The translations under genes and the position numbers were made by a program. Of a stretch of 64,000 nucleotides of DNA, positions 38,897 through 51,256 are shown in pieces (position 1 is the stretch's first letter; the number at the start of each line of letters is the position of its first letter). The notes below the pieces were generated by a model. It saw only the letters and a program-made list of their open reading frames with translations. It ran no database searches and was not told the DNA's origin. This stretch comes from Trichoplax adhaerens (taxonomy: Eukaryota > Animalia > Placozoa), in the NCBI RefSeq assembly GCF_000150275.1, contig NW_002060950.1, positions 316,679 to 380,678 of the forward strand, read 5' to 3'.

Positions 38897-41229
38897 ATGT
38901 TTTCGAAAGGCTTCCAACTTATTTCTCGCCGACTTATTTCCACTACACCTGGTGTCATGTCTACGCCCAAGAAGATAGCTCTGGTATACGAGTATTGCAT
39001 GATAAAAGAATATGATAAGAGGATTATTATACGTGTACAGTAGAGGAAAGAAACGATTTGCTGACTATTTGCTGTTGACTATTGAGGCGATGATTGATGA
39101 TGATGATACGCGAGAGAAAAAAAAATAGCTACAGTCTACCGAAAAATGAATACTGCACCCATAGTATGCAAAGGAATAATCAGTTACAGTCACTCATATA
39201 GACATACTGTATCATCTTACTTAACGAATTGAATTATGCAGTATCTCATATTTGCTGTAAGAGAATCAACCGGTATAATAACAATTATATCAATCTAGTT
39301 TAGAAAAGGTGCTATAAAATGAATCGATACATTAATTTACTCAGACTTCTTTTGAGTACAGTATTTTGCCTCAATATTCCCACATACAATTATAATGATT
39401 CACTTAGAATAGTTGTTATCAATGATATCAAGTTATTTTAATATAATTTACTCTACGGAGTATACGCTTATGTAGTAAAATTAGACGCGTGCCTAACACA
39501 GGAACTCATTTTCTCTTGTAGGTTTTATCTGGCTGTGGAGTCTTCGATGGAAGCGAAATCCACGAAGCTTCTGCGTAAGTTTCTAGATGTAGGAAGTTAT
39601 AGTGGTAATAATGCATGATTTACCTTTATAGTTGTTAGGATTTGACACCAGCTGTCCCATAAGTATGCCTATACAACGTAATATTTACAATATATTGAAA
39701 TAGCGTACTATTTATGTACGATTCGGTACGAGCATATGTATACTGTACTGTATTGTCAAAACTGCCATTAGACTCTGCAAGAATTCTAATAGACGTTATT
39801 GTTAGTCGCTTTGCACCTAATGTATAAGTCAATAAGTTACTATACTTCTAGAAATCCATTTTATCTTACTGATAAAACGATAAAGTAAGTTATTAAATAA
39901 TGATTTCAATGCTATTTTTTTAATACTTTAGTGCTTTAGTGAGCTTAAGTCGTGAAGGAGTGAAATACTCTATATTTGCGCCTAATATTCCACAAATGCA
40001 TACTATCAATCATCTGAATGGACAGGAGGAAAGTGTCAACAGGCAAGTCCAAACTTACAGTATTATAGACATGTCAACAACTATGTTTATAAAGTGTACT
40101 AACATGCTAGATGAAGATTGTTCTATTGATTGAAGTGAATGATTATACTTGTAATTGCTAGAAACGTTCTTCAAGAATCAGCACGAATTGCTCGAGGTAA
40201 TATCGCAGCTCTTGATACTTTGGTAGCCAATGATTATGACGCCATTGTATTCCCTGGAGGGTTTGGAGCAGCGAAGAATTTGTATGTTGGTGATTAAATT
40301 ACTGCATAAGTGATTAATCTAGTTACAAATTTGATATCTTGTCATATAGATTATGTAGTAGTACTAATATTGCACGGAATTATTCTCTACTAGGTCTACT
40401 GTTGCAGTTAAAGGCCCAGACTGTGAGGTAAATGATGAAGTGCAACGTGTTATCGTAGACTTTCATAAGTTGAAAAAACCCATGGGGTAAGAATCAATAG
40501 AAGAGACAGTTAATTTGATTTTGAAATAGATTTATTTACGTTTTAATAATACAAAAATTTTAGCAATATAGTTCTAGAAAATGTATCATACTTTCATCAT
40601 GTGATTAAGCACAATCTTGTTACTTTCTACAAAATTTTAGATTTTGTTGCATCGCCCCAACAATCGTGGCCAAGGTCTCTTAGGAAGTTAATTTTAGTCA
40701 TATCCTTTCTTAGCATTATCTTCATATGATGATTTAGTATAATGCCAATTTATAATTTTTATCAACGTATAGGTTCTTGGAACGGGTGAAGTAACTGTAG
40801 GGCAGAGTAAAAACGACGACGGGAAATGGCCTTATGCCGATACTGCACAAGCAATTGAAAAAATGGGAGCCAAGCATGTCGATACAGCTGTTAATATATC
40901 CTTTCTATGCTATAAAAGTAAATTTTAAATTGGTAGCGGTGTTCTTGCTACTTGCACTGTACAGTGATGAGCGCTGGTTCGTATTTTGTCAATCCAACTT
41001 AAAAAATGATGGTACCTATCATCTACAGTTTACAGCACTAATAACTATAACATTATAAATATAGCCCAATTTTATGACTGATAAACATTTGCTTAACTGC
41101 TTTCACGAAATTCATGTTGATCAAGAAAATCGCGTAGTGACAACTGCTGCATTTATGTGCGACGCCGACTTTCATGTGGTACACGATGGTGTTGCTGCCA
41201 TGGTCCAAACAGTTCTTAAGATGGCCTAA
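38897..41229 (+). CDS. GATD3: ES1/GATD3 paralogue B with mitochondrial presequence; exons approx. 38897-38983, 39522-39574, 39931-40041, 40162-40281, 40394-40486, 40641-40674, 40773-40895, 41107-41229
   Basis: [17 protein letters not shown] presequence; [75 protein letters not shown]. Closer to the canonical ES1 consensus than copy A. Confidence 0.93.
40896..41106 (+). other. U12-type AT-AC intron in GATD3 copy B
   Basis: 5'ss ATATCCTTT at 40896, branch-site-like TTGCTTAAC at 41089-41097, terminal AC at 41105-41106; removal joins ...TAVN|EIHVDQ... in frame. Confidence 0.92.
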
Positions 41230-42127
41230 ACAGTCGGGATTCATGTCATCGCTCTGATAATATTATATAATTTGGTCGAATTGTAATTGCAGTATAAGAA
41301 CTAATTCGGTCCTCCTAAGTACAGTTCTGTACTGTAGATTAATTTTCTAGACTACATTTATAATGTCCTTAAAATTTAAACCTATCCAAAGCAAATATAC
41401 ATTCAAATACTTTATGAAGCGGCATGTCTCTGCATCTCATCAAGATTGTTGTATTTGCCCAATTACGTCGGGTGAAATGATATCTAATGACATAATCATA
41501 ATACTATCGTGGTATTGCTGAGAAACTTTACAACTAATTTAGTGAGTAAGTTTTTCAGGTCGATAAGTAAATGATAATAAAGGTATTAATCGTGCCATGC
41601 AATTGTTATAAATATAAAGACTACGTCCTGTATTAACTCTGGAAATTATTTTAAACAATACTAAAATCATAATTTGTACGAAAACAGATCTTTTAATTAA
41701 AAATTTAAATCATGTCAAACTATCATTTGAGTAAGTCGCATATGAATACATAGTTCAATATTGACCTATTTGATATATCATAATTACAAATAACAGTGTC
41801 ACTTGCTCTATAGCCGATAAATCATCTGTGAGGAAATGATAAAATACAGTATGTTATATTAACTACTGATAACAGAATATACATTTGCATATGTAGTAAT
41901 ACTTTCTATATTTGAAAATGATCAGTTCTTTATGAATCGTAAAGATTCCAAGTCAATCTCTAGAAAATACTAAATTCTTAACTAGGTAATTAAGTCAAAA
42001 AGTCATTCATTCTCTATTCACTATTGAAAGATTATCATACACAAGAAAAGAATGTCAGAATTGATTGTCATGACGTTGCTATGTTAGGCTACAATGTAGG
42101 AGAAACAACTATATATATTATTAAGCA

Positions 42128-45100
42128 TTAACCACAGCATGATTTCTTTTGAGCAGGAGCAGAGCTGCTATCCACATTAAATCCTTGCTTAGGTTCATCT
42201 ATATAGTACATTTAAGTAATTTGATTATTATAACAATACTTGTATATCTAAAATTCCGTTAATAATTACCAACTTATTTAAAGTATTTAGAATCAGCACA
42301 GTACCATAAGATAGGACTGCTTCTAAGCATTCCTTTGTCATTACATCAATTACCTGCAGGTGATATTACATTATCCCTTATGAGATCTTCAGCAATTTGG
42401 AAAAATAATGATTCTAAAGACAAATTATACATTGATATTAATAGGATGTAGTGTGATATGATAACTATATCATCAACGTGATTACTTGCACATCGTCATT
42501 TTTATCTGCTATTAATCTTCCGATATTAATATTGCAAATTATATAGTACAATACAATGATATCAATAGAATGTGGTACGATATGATAACTATATCATCAA
42601 CTTGATTAATTGCACATCGTCATTTTTATCTGTTATCAGTCTTCCAATATTAATATTGTCAATTATATCAGTACAATACGGAAATCCTTTCGTACTTGTA
42701 TACAAGTATAAAACAATAATGGTAAAAAAGATTTTTCAGTTTGTTCACGACAGTTAAACTACTTTTTCATAGTTGTTACCTCATTGCATCCTTATAATAT
42801 CATTAAAATTATTACGTTATAATATTTCGCAAGCTTTAGTGTAAACATACACTGAATAAGACATATATACGCCATGAAAGATTGTACGATGTAAAACTTA
42901 CCAACACTTTCACCAGTTACGCTAGAAGTTTCAAATGCTTTTGCACGTACGTCTGAAGGATGTTGGGTAATTATATTAGCATGATCATATAATAACACAA
43001 GTAGAGGCTTATAATAGTATAGTAACTATAAGAAGGTAATCAATAAGATAGTTATACCGTGCTGTATTAGCAGCATTACCCTAGGCAAAATAAGTCTTAC
43101 ACATAATAAATTATTTACCGTCAGCTAGTGCTTGGATGTCACTGTGCGATACCGCACGTGCTTTGTCACCGCTGATTAAGTCCTTTTTGGTACCACATAA
43201 ATAGACCTTACAAGCCTGTAATATTATATAATTATTATTAAAGTATTAATGATGATAACGAAAATTGATGCAATCAAAAATTAAGTTAGATTATTCTATT
43301 ACAGTAGGCGAAGCAATGACATCGAAATTAAAGAATTCATAAGACTAATGTTTATATTTGGTTGTTAGGCAATTTCTTTACTAGAAATAGCATAACAAGG
43401 ATTAGAAGGTGATGGATAAATTATTCTAGATAGACTATACCTCTTCACAAGACTTGAGTTCATCAATCCACTCTCGGGCAACTCCAAAACTAGCTGAATC
43501 TGTTAAATCTAATTAAAAATGTTTCCAAAGTAAATTTATGTTCTAAAGACGCGTATAATAGATAAGGAAAGGCAATTTATAAAGTATATCAACGATTTTA
43601 TTCGAGATTGCAAAACCATAATATAGATACTGTACATACCAAAACAAACTACGGCACCTTTGGCCCCACGGTAATAAATACGACTCATGGCTTTGTATCT
43701 TTCTGATCCAGCAGTATCCTGATCAATGAAATGATAATTAGTATAATTTTACGGTATTTATCACTGAAAGAAGTTGTGGTACTCTCGCCTCTAGATAGTA
43801 AATGACAACATGTATAATATTTAATCAATGTACTCTATTATAAACGTTTATTCAGTCAATATTTCTGTAACAGTATTCACTATATTCTCTTTGTGGAAAA
43901 AGCTTAATTCGTACAATTATGCATGAATATGTTATTGGGTTCTACGTAATCGAGGGAATGCCTCACTCTATCCTATCCTAATAGGAATAGTGCCATTATG
44001 TCATATGCTATTACACTAATTGTTGATATCCTAGTTGAAGTTTATGTTCAGTCGCGGTAAGCCATAAAGTAATAATAGCACCAGTGGTCCATTATAATGA
44101 TTGAATTCAGAGGCAGCAACACGAGGTATACTGTACGTAAACCTTGTTAGAGTAGAGGGCGCACATACGACATGCGCATCTACCTTTGAATTGATGTAAT
44201 TTCCTATACGGCTGTCCTTTTTAACAGTTATCCTGTCTATCAGCCTCCTATATTAAGGTTAAACTTTTAGCTGAATTCTACAGTACTATAAATACGTGTA
44301 TAGAGCTATGGATGATTTCCTTACGCTAGTTTTATTCTCTATCATACTACTGTATAATCAAGTATTAAACAACGAACGATTATACCTACAACAGAAATTC
44401 TTTTTAAATTTATAATAATTATTTCGGGCAATGACGTTGTCCATATCGTGTATAAATAAGAGCTAAGGTATACAGTTCAGTAGTAATTCATTAGTGATTA
44501 TCATCAAGAATACGCATACACTGTGTTATCACTTGTACTATCGGATAAAAAAAGCAATCTCCATATGCAATCAAGCAATAAGTAATATACGAATACAATT
44601 AATTATACAACAGAAAGTATTTCAACTTTAACAAATTATTTGGGGTAACGATAGCCAAGTGTACGATTTACGAGTCATAAGTGATATACCATCAATATAC
44701 GTGTACCCCATGTTTTATCACCTGTACAGTACTAGCAGATGAAAAAATATCAATCTACCAGTTTCTATCGAGTATAATCTTGGTAGTATTGCAAAGATGT
44801 AGCGTTTTCATTGGATCGATTGTTCAATATATTAGTAACCTATCATCTACAAGATTGTACTGTTCTATATCATTATTAAAGTAAAACCAGACTGTAGGCG
44901 AAGCAATTGCATAAGTTTCTCAAAATAATTGTTAGAGGAAATGGCACGAATTGTTAATATTGGTGACGATATCTCAAGTTGAAAATAGTCCAGAACTTAC
45001 CCAGATACCAAGGGTAATTGCACGACCTGCCACTGAAACTTTTTTAGCTCCAAAAGCAGCGCCAATAGTCTAATAAACATAACATATTGTCAATCAACTT

Positions 45101-45618
45101 CAGATGCACTTGATCAGCATTGCCGCGATATTGTACAAGAATAGTATGAGGCAGTTCATTAATACAAGTGAAAACAATAATAATAACATTGATGATTTGG
45201 ATCCATTTAGAAATACAGTCCATGTTCCGTATTATAAAATGACAACAACGCCAATGTGGCATTATCATCAAGAAAGGAATATTAACCAATATCATCGACT
45301 ACTGGTTTATCCATATAGTACACTACAATAACTTTATCCTAATTTCTTCATTACAAGTCCAGTCTATCAATTAAAAATGGACATTATTGCCTACAGAATT
45401 GCCTGCCTTTGAGCAGATTTGCTGATTAATTTACAGTGTAAGTCTTCTTGCTAAATAGAATAGGCTTTATATCCATTTCAATTTGATACTTAATGACGTA
45501 CATTTTGATAAGGAGTAGAACCAGGCGCTTTACCATGTAAATAGCGTTCAACCAGGCAAGTTTTGCCGGCGTATTCTCGACCTAATAAAACTATTTTGGC
45601 ATCAATTTTACTCCCCAT
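42128..45618 (-). CDS. RAB24: Rab24 small GTPase; exons approx. 45618-45502, 45069-45001, 43718-43641, 43508-43441, 43216-43119, 42952-42902, 42413-42354, 42198-42128
   Basis: [26 protein letters not shown]...PYQNTIGAAF...[38 protein letters not shown]-terminal KKSCCG*. DTAGSE (Ser in place of the catalytic Gln) and TKxD are Rab24 hallmarks. Confidence 0.94.
42433..42679. repeat. Two-copy ~124-bp tandem duplication in a RAB24 intron
   Basis: Units at 42433-42556 and 42557-42679 share gatatgataactatatcatcaac..gatta.ttgcacatcgtcatttttatctg...cttcc.atattaatattg...gtacaatac. Confidence 0.9.
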
Positions 45619-45810
45619 GTTAATTTTATTAACTACAGTATTATGCCAGTGTTGTCATGGGCGGTTTTCTGCTTCACTTGGCCCACTTCATCAAGGTCTT
45701 TCTATACAATTTGCTATTTTTCTCCTATGCTACAGTATCATCGAATGACGTACTGCAGCGGTCATGTGTCATGTTAGTGACCCGCTGCGCTGCATTCACT
45801 CACTTGGACT

Positions 45811-46408
45811 TTGATACAATCTTACTTCACCTCACAGTTGTTTGGGTACAGCACGATACGCCAGTTTGGTCAGCGCAATACTGTCCAGTGTTCTGTGTCC
45901 AGTGTCCAGCAGTCAGTGTCCAGTATGCAGTAGCGTTGAGGCTATTTTTAGCAACAGTTTGTCATCCCTACAAGAGGGACAAGAACTGTACTACGCTACG
46001 GTAGAGTCAAGACAATTGATACAATCTTACTTCACCTCACAGTTGTTTGGGTACAGAACGATACGCCAGATCCGTCAGCGTTAATACTTACTGTCCAGTG
46101 TTCTGTGTCCAGTGTCCAGTAGTCAGTATCCAGTATCCAGTGTCCAGTGTCCAGTGTCCAGTATCCAGTATGCAGTACAGCAGTAGCGTTGAAGCTATTT
46201 TTAGCAATAGTTTGTCATCCCTACAAGAGGGACAAGACTTTTAGTACAATACTGTACACTGTAGTTGTACAGTACAGTGTACTGTACTACGCTACGGTAG
46301 AGTCAATACAATTGATGCAATCTTACTTCACCTCACAGCTGTTACAAGAGGGACAAAACTTTTAGTACAGTACTGTAAACTGCAGTTGTACAGTACAGTG
46401 TACTGTAG
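45811..46408. repeat. Compound tandem repeat (2 full + 1 deleted copy) between the RAB24 and ALG12 starts, with internal (TGTCCAG/TATCCAG)n expansion
   Basis: Units start ttgat(a/g)caatcttacttcacctcacag at 45811, 46016 and 46312; they share tacaagagggacaa, and units 1-2 share ctacgctacggtagagtcaa. Confidence 0.92.
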
Positions 46409-46548
46409 CAATGCGCGTGCGTATTGGGCTTGGACTGGACGTCACTGCCATCAGATCAAGGGTGACATCAATTTAGTCAATCAGTCAATGAATTAAACCG
46501 AATTTCAATCAAAGTTAGCCAAGGAATCCCTCGCCATTTTTTTCAATT

Positions 46549-49500
46549 ATGCCATGGGAAAAGTATTTAGTGGTAGCAGTGGCATTTCTGCATTTGCTTG
46601 TATGTCCATATACCAAAGTCGAAGAAAGCTTCAATTTACAAGCCATTCATGATATCATTTATCATAAGGGCAATATACAAAAGGTTGAACTTTGCAATAG
46701 GCATTACTTTCTACAACTGGTTGCATATCCACACACCTTGATATCTTTCCATATTTGATCAGACTTGTCATCATGCAGTAGTAGTATAATGTCACCTACT
46801 GGACTTGTACAAATCTTGTTACCTACAGCAATCCTTACGGCTGACATTTGCAAGGCTGCATCAAACGAATAATCAATCAATCATACAGTATTGGATTCAG
46901 TGCATGTGCTAGACATGGTACAATACATCGAATAGTACTGTAAATATTCATCATTGCAACGCCACTGCAGCTTATTCAGCTTTGAAGATCGTCAAATCAA
47001 TTTGGCATAAGAACTTAATTGCAAGCCTGTGTACACGTGTAATAAACATTACTGTCAATTCTGTACCTCAGTGATAAATAGAGCTTATTCGTCTCCTCTG
47101 TGCTTTGATAATGATACCATTTTCTCAAGAAGGAATCACCTATACTGATAGCAGGGCTAGTAGTTTTTGAATCATTACAGTAGACGTCAAGAACAACGTA
47201 CCATACATGCAAACGTATACTGCCATTAGCTGTAATCATTAATTATTTATATAATCTAATTCCACTTACAGTATTACAATATTATTACAATGGTAAAAGG
47301 AAAAATGATAATAATTATAAATTTATTAATCGGTATAAGCCATGCAATATACCCATAGACTATGATGCATACCTATGCGTAGATCCCTATGTTTGATGAA
47401 TACCGATATTTATAGCGTATTAGACATTTTTAATGGATATTCTACTCAATTAATTCAAATCTGTTAAAATGATACCCACGAAAGATAAAGTATTCATGTT
47501 ATGCTATATCACTTTTTAGTATGATCACCATGAATTTCCAGGAGTCGTACCTCGAACATTTACTGGTCCTTTAGTAATCTCGTTAACTGCATGGCCGTTT
47601 ATCATCATCACCCATTCTAAACTAGCAGCTTTATATATCGGTACGTTGCGTTAAATAGAGTATTTTATGCTATAATATTAAATAGACTATAGCATAGCTA
47701 CAGTCAGGTAGTATATTCGTGAGTACTGCATGCTTGTGTTACATCTATCAAGCTGTACAAGTAATGTTGGTGATGATTGGATATTTGCTAGTTAGGTGCT
47801 GCCTTATGGCATGGGGATTAAAAGGGTTGTTAACGCTATCTGATGCTGTTCGAGACACTTTTGGTACAACCATTGCTCGATATATGCTATTGTTAACAGC
47901 TTCCCAATTTCATTTTTTATTCTACATCTCGAGGACGTTGCCAAATACTTTTGCCTTAGTTGTTGGTAAGTTATTTTACAAAATGATCATTTTGATGCTT
48001 TGTCTTGGATATGTACAAATTAAATACATCTACAGTATTTACAACATTTTATATATTTATATGTATATTCTATTCATTGCATCATTGTAATTGGATAGTG
48101 ATGTTTGCAGTTACAAGTTGGATGAGAGGACACCATAGCAAATTTATATGGTTATCGGCGTTTGCGATACTGGTGTTCCGATTCGAGCTATGTCTCCTAT
48201 TGGGAATATTATTACTCTTAGAGTTGATGAGCTTTAGATTATCTATACTGAAATTGCTTTACCATGGTACTCTTGCCACCATCTTTTGTTTAGGTACTAC
48301 ACAGAAATTAAGTCCAAAATAATATTAAACTATACCATTTTACGCAAATACCCGCTTGTTATCGATAGTGGTATTTTTGGATAATTATTGCTTGAAATAT
48401 TCTTATATTTACATGGATCCATTTTGTAGCAATTACAATTGCCATAGACTCGTACTGCTGGGGAAGATATTTATGGCCAGAAGGTGAAGTGCTTTGGTAC
48501 AATACCATCATGAATAAGAGCTCAAACTGGGGCGTATCCTAACTAATGAATAATATTATTTACTGTTATTATACTGATAACATTACATGATGCAAAACAT
48601 TGGCTTTCATGTTGTAATATAATAGTCGATGAACGATTAACAAGCTAAAATAAAAAGCGTACCCTCATGATCACAATTCCGTTCAGTTTCCTTGACAATG
48701 AATGCCAATATCAGACCTCACCGTTTCTATGGTATTTTTATTCAGCTCTACCAAGAGCGCTATTACTTGCCTATTTACTTTCTCCTGTAGGTGCTATTAC
48801 TGATAAACAGATTAGGACCATCTTCTTTTCTGGTATTATTTTCGTTTTAATATACTCGATACTACCCCATAAAGAATTGCGATTTATTATATATGCTTTT
48901 CCACTCCTTAATATTTCTGCGGCTAGAGGTCTCATTTTTATGTAAGTACTTGTATAACTTGAAAGTAATCATGCACTTGTTGATTATCACCACTGACTAT
49001 AACCATTAATCTGTGTGCACTGATTAATTCATACTATAGTCAAAGGAAATTTAATAGAATTTCGCCTAATTTGGGAGCTATCAGCATTGTTGGTGTACTA
49101 TTATTAAATTCGATATTTTCTACGATAATGTTATGCGTTTCATATCACAATTATTCTGGAGGAAATGCGCTGCAAGAATTACATAGTCTAGTCAAAGAGA
49201 GACAAGGAGGTTTGTTTGTGACTTCTATGTTCCTGCTATTGCTAGTATTGGACTTAAATTAAATGTCAACTTCGTTTTGAACTGACCTGGAACTTATTAG
49301 TTTCAGTGCATATCTGTAATCTCGCTGCACAAACGGGTGTTTCAAGATTTGGTGAGCTCGAGCCTTCTTGGAAGTAAGACAATATCAATAATTATAAATA
49401 GTTGTTAATAAAGTTGAACAAGTTTTCTCACAATTTTTCAGTGATAATGAAAGTTTGATCATTCTTACAGCTATTCTAAAGTTGAAAATATGAAGAAAGC

Positions 49501-49711
49501 CGATCCGTGGATTTTAAAGTATTCCCATTTAATAATTGAAGCTGCTGACTGGGATAGTTACCAGATTACTCATCGTCAACTTTCTGTCGTCAATGGTTAC
49601 TCCGGTATAAGAATTAATTGGAAATTGTTACCATATCCTCTAGTTATTTCAACTGAACCGCAATTAATGATTTTAGAAAAAGTAAAAATTAGGGAGAGTA
49701 CGGTGTCTTGA
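46549..49711 (+). CDS. ALG12: Dol-P-Man alpha-1,6-mannosyltransferase ALG12; exons approx. 46549-46683, 47520-47641, 47791-47965, 48099-48293, 48430-48533, 48715-48941, 49040-49208, 49301-49373, 49471-49711
   Basis: [70 protein letters not shown]|[40 protein letters not shown]. Confidence 0.95.
48534..48714 (+). other. U12-type GT-AG intron in ALG12
   Basis: 5'ss GTATCCT at 48534, branch site TTCCTTGAC at 48688-48696, no polypyrimidine tract, AG at 48713-48714; joins NWG|TSP in frame. Confidence 0.85.
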
Positions 49712-51256
49712 TAAATTAATTACTTTTAAAGCCTAATTGCTCTAACTAGATGAATATTTGCCTACTCGCACTTTTACAACATCTACAATACTTGGTGTTG
49801 TTTAATTATTCATCAATAAACCTTTCATATAATTTTATTACATCCAGTCATTCAAATTTGAGGCATCTGAAAATGTATATATATTGTACGTGTAATTTGA
49901 TATCAAATAAATTCTATTTTAAAATCTCATTTCTAAAGATTTAACGTCATTAAAAAATATACGGCCATATTACATTTAACTAACCGTGTAAGTTTTCCTG
50001 AATATGTAATACTAACTAACATGCCGTTGTAATATGTCTAACAACTGTAATACCACAAAATGTTTCCATGTTTGTTCATTGTTGCTCACCTATTTGTTTT
50101 CTATCAGATATTATGCATGTCATAAGTAATAGGTTAATAGGTTACGATATTCCTGTTGTGATGTAAGATGTGAAGCTAAAGTCTACATACGCGTATTGCG
50201 GTTTATTCATAATTTGACATTCGAATCATACGTCTATGATTCTAACATAAAGCCATGCGGTAGTTCTGCGCTTGTTACTGCCATTTCATAGATTTTTGAG
50301 AGGTTAACTTAATTAATAAGTCGCATAAGAGCATGGAGTCTATCGATTTTTATGGCTGGTTATAAAACTTCTTAGAAACTATCCCAGATTGTAATGGACT
50401 CATACAGTAACGGCTACATATACTGTACATGGTTGAGTACTATTTTACACTAATATCGATATAGTTAATTAAAACTTAGTGTATGCTAAATATAATTTAT
50501 TAATTATAGTAGCAGAGATAAAAATTGATTCGAACTTTCCCAACATGGCACAGCTTATACTCGTATCTACAGCAGGCTTGAATTTCGAGAAGTACTGTAT
50601 TCTTTAAGAAAGTTTTTAACTGTTATGTTTAAATAATTATATTATCAAAATAGGAATGTATACGTAGTAGAGCTATCCTTAGGCAATGACAACAATAAGA
50701 AAATAGGGATGCTGCAGGGTCATATTTTCATAATGTTACTCTTTATTTATTTACAAGGTACTGTAATAAGAAAACTGTAACATTAGCATTCATTAAATTA
50801 CGTTTAATCACATCAGCTTATTATTATATACACACAATATAGTGTAAAAATACACATGTATATATAGTATACACTTTGCATATGTATAAACTACTGCAAT
50901 AATAATTCTTTTTTCCGGAAATAAAAATCATCTACTTGGTATTGACTTTGTCATGTCATCTAATGATACCAGTTCCGTTTTTTGTTATAAGGCATCCATT
51001 AAATGTGTAATTTAAAAACCATGTTTCTATCATAAAACATCATGCGCGTATGAGTACGTGCTTTATAATTTCCCTTGAAAATTCCAGAAAGAGGTTTTTA
51101 GAAAATAATTTAAATCGTTATATAATTCGCATCAATCACATCGAGTTGTGTAGACTTCATACGCGTGTATGCCATAAGTGTATATCCTCACCGTATCGAC
51201 TTACCAATGTCGTAGGAAAAATATATGAAAATCTTAAATTAATTTTGATACTTTAT

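Noticed and set aside
45563-46365. Cluster of overlapping Cys/Val/Gln-rich ORFs
   Set aside because: Products of the tandem repeat and (TGTCCAG)n; no family motif or splice structure.
45811-46408. CRISPR-like repeat/spacer interpretation
   Set aside because: Eukaryotic context, the inter-repeat sequences are homologous rather than unique, and there are no cas genes.
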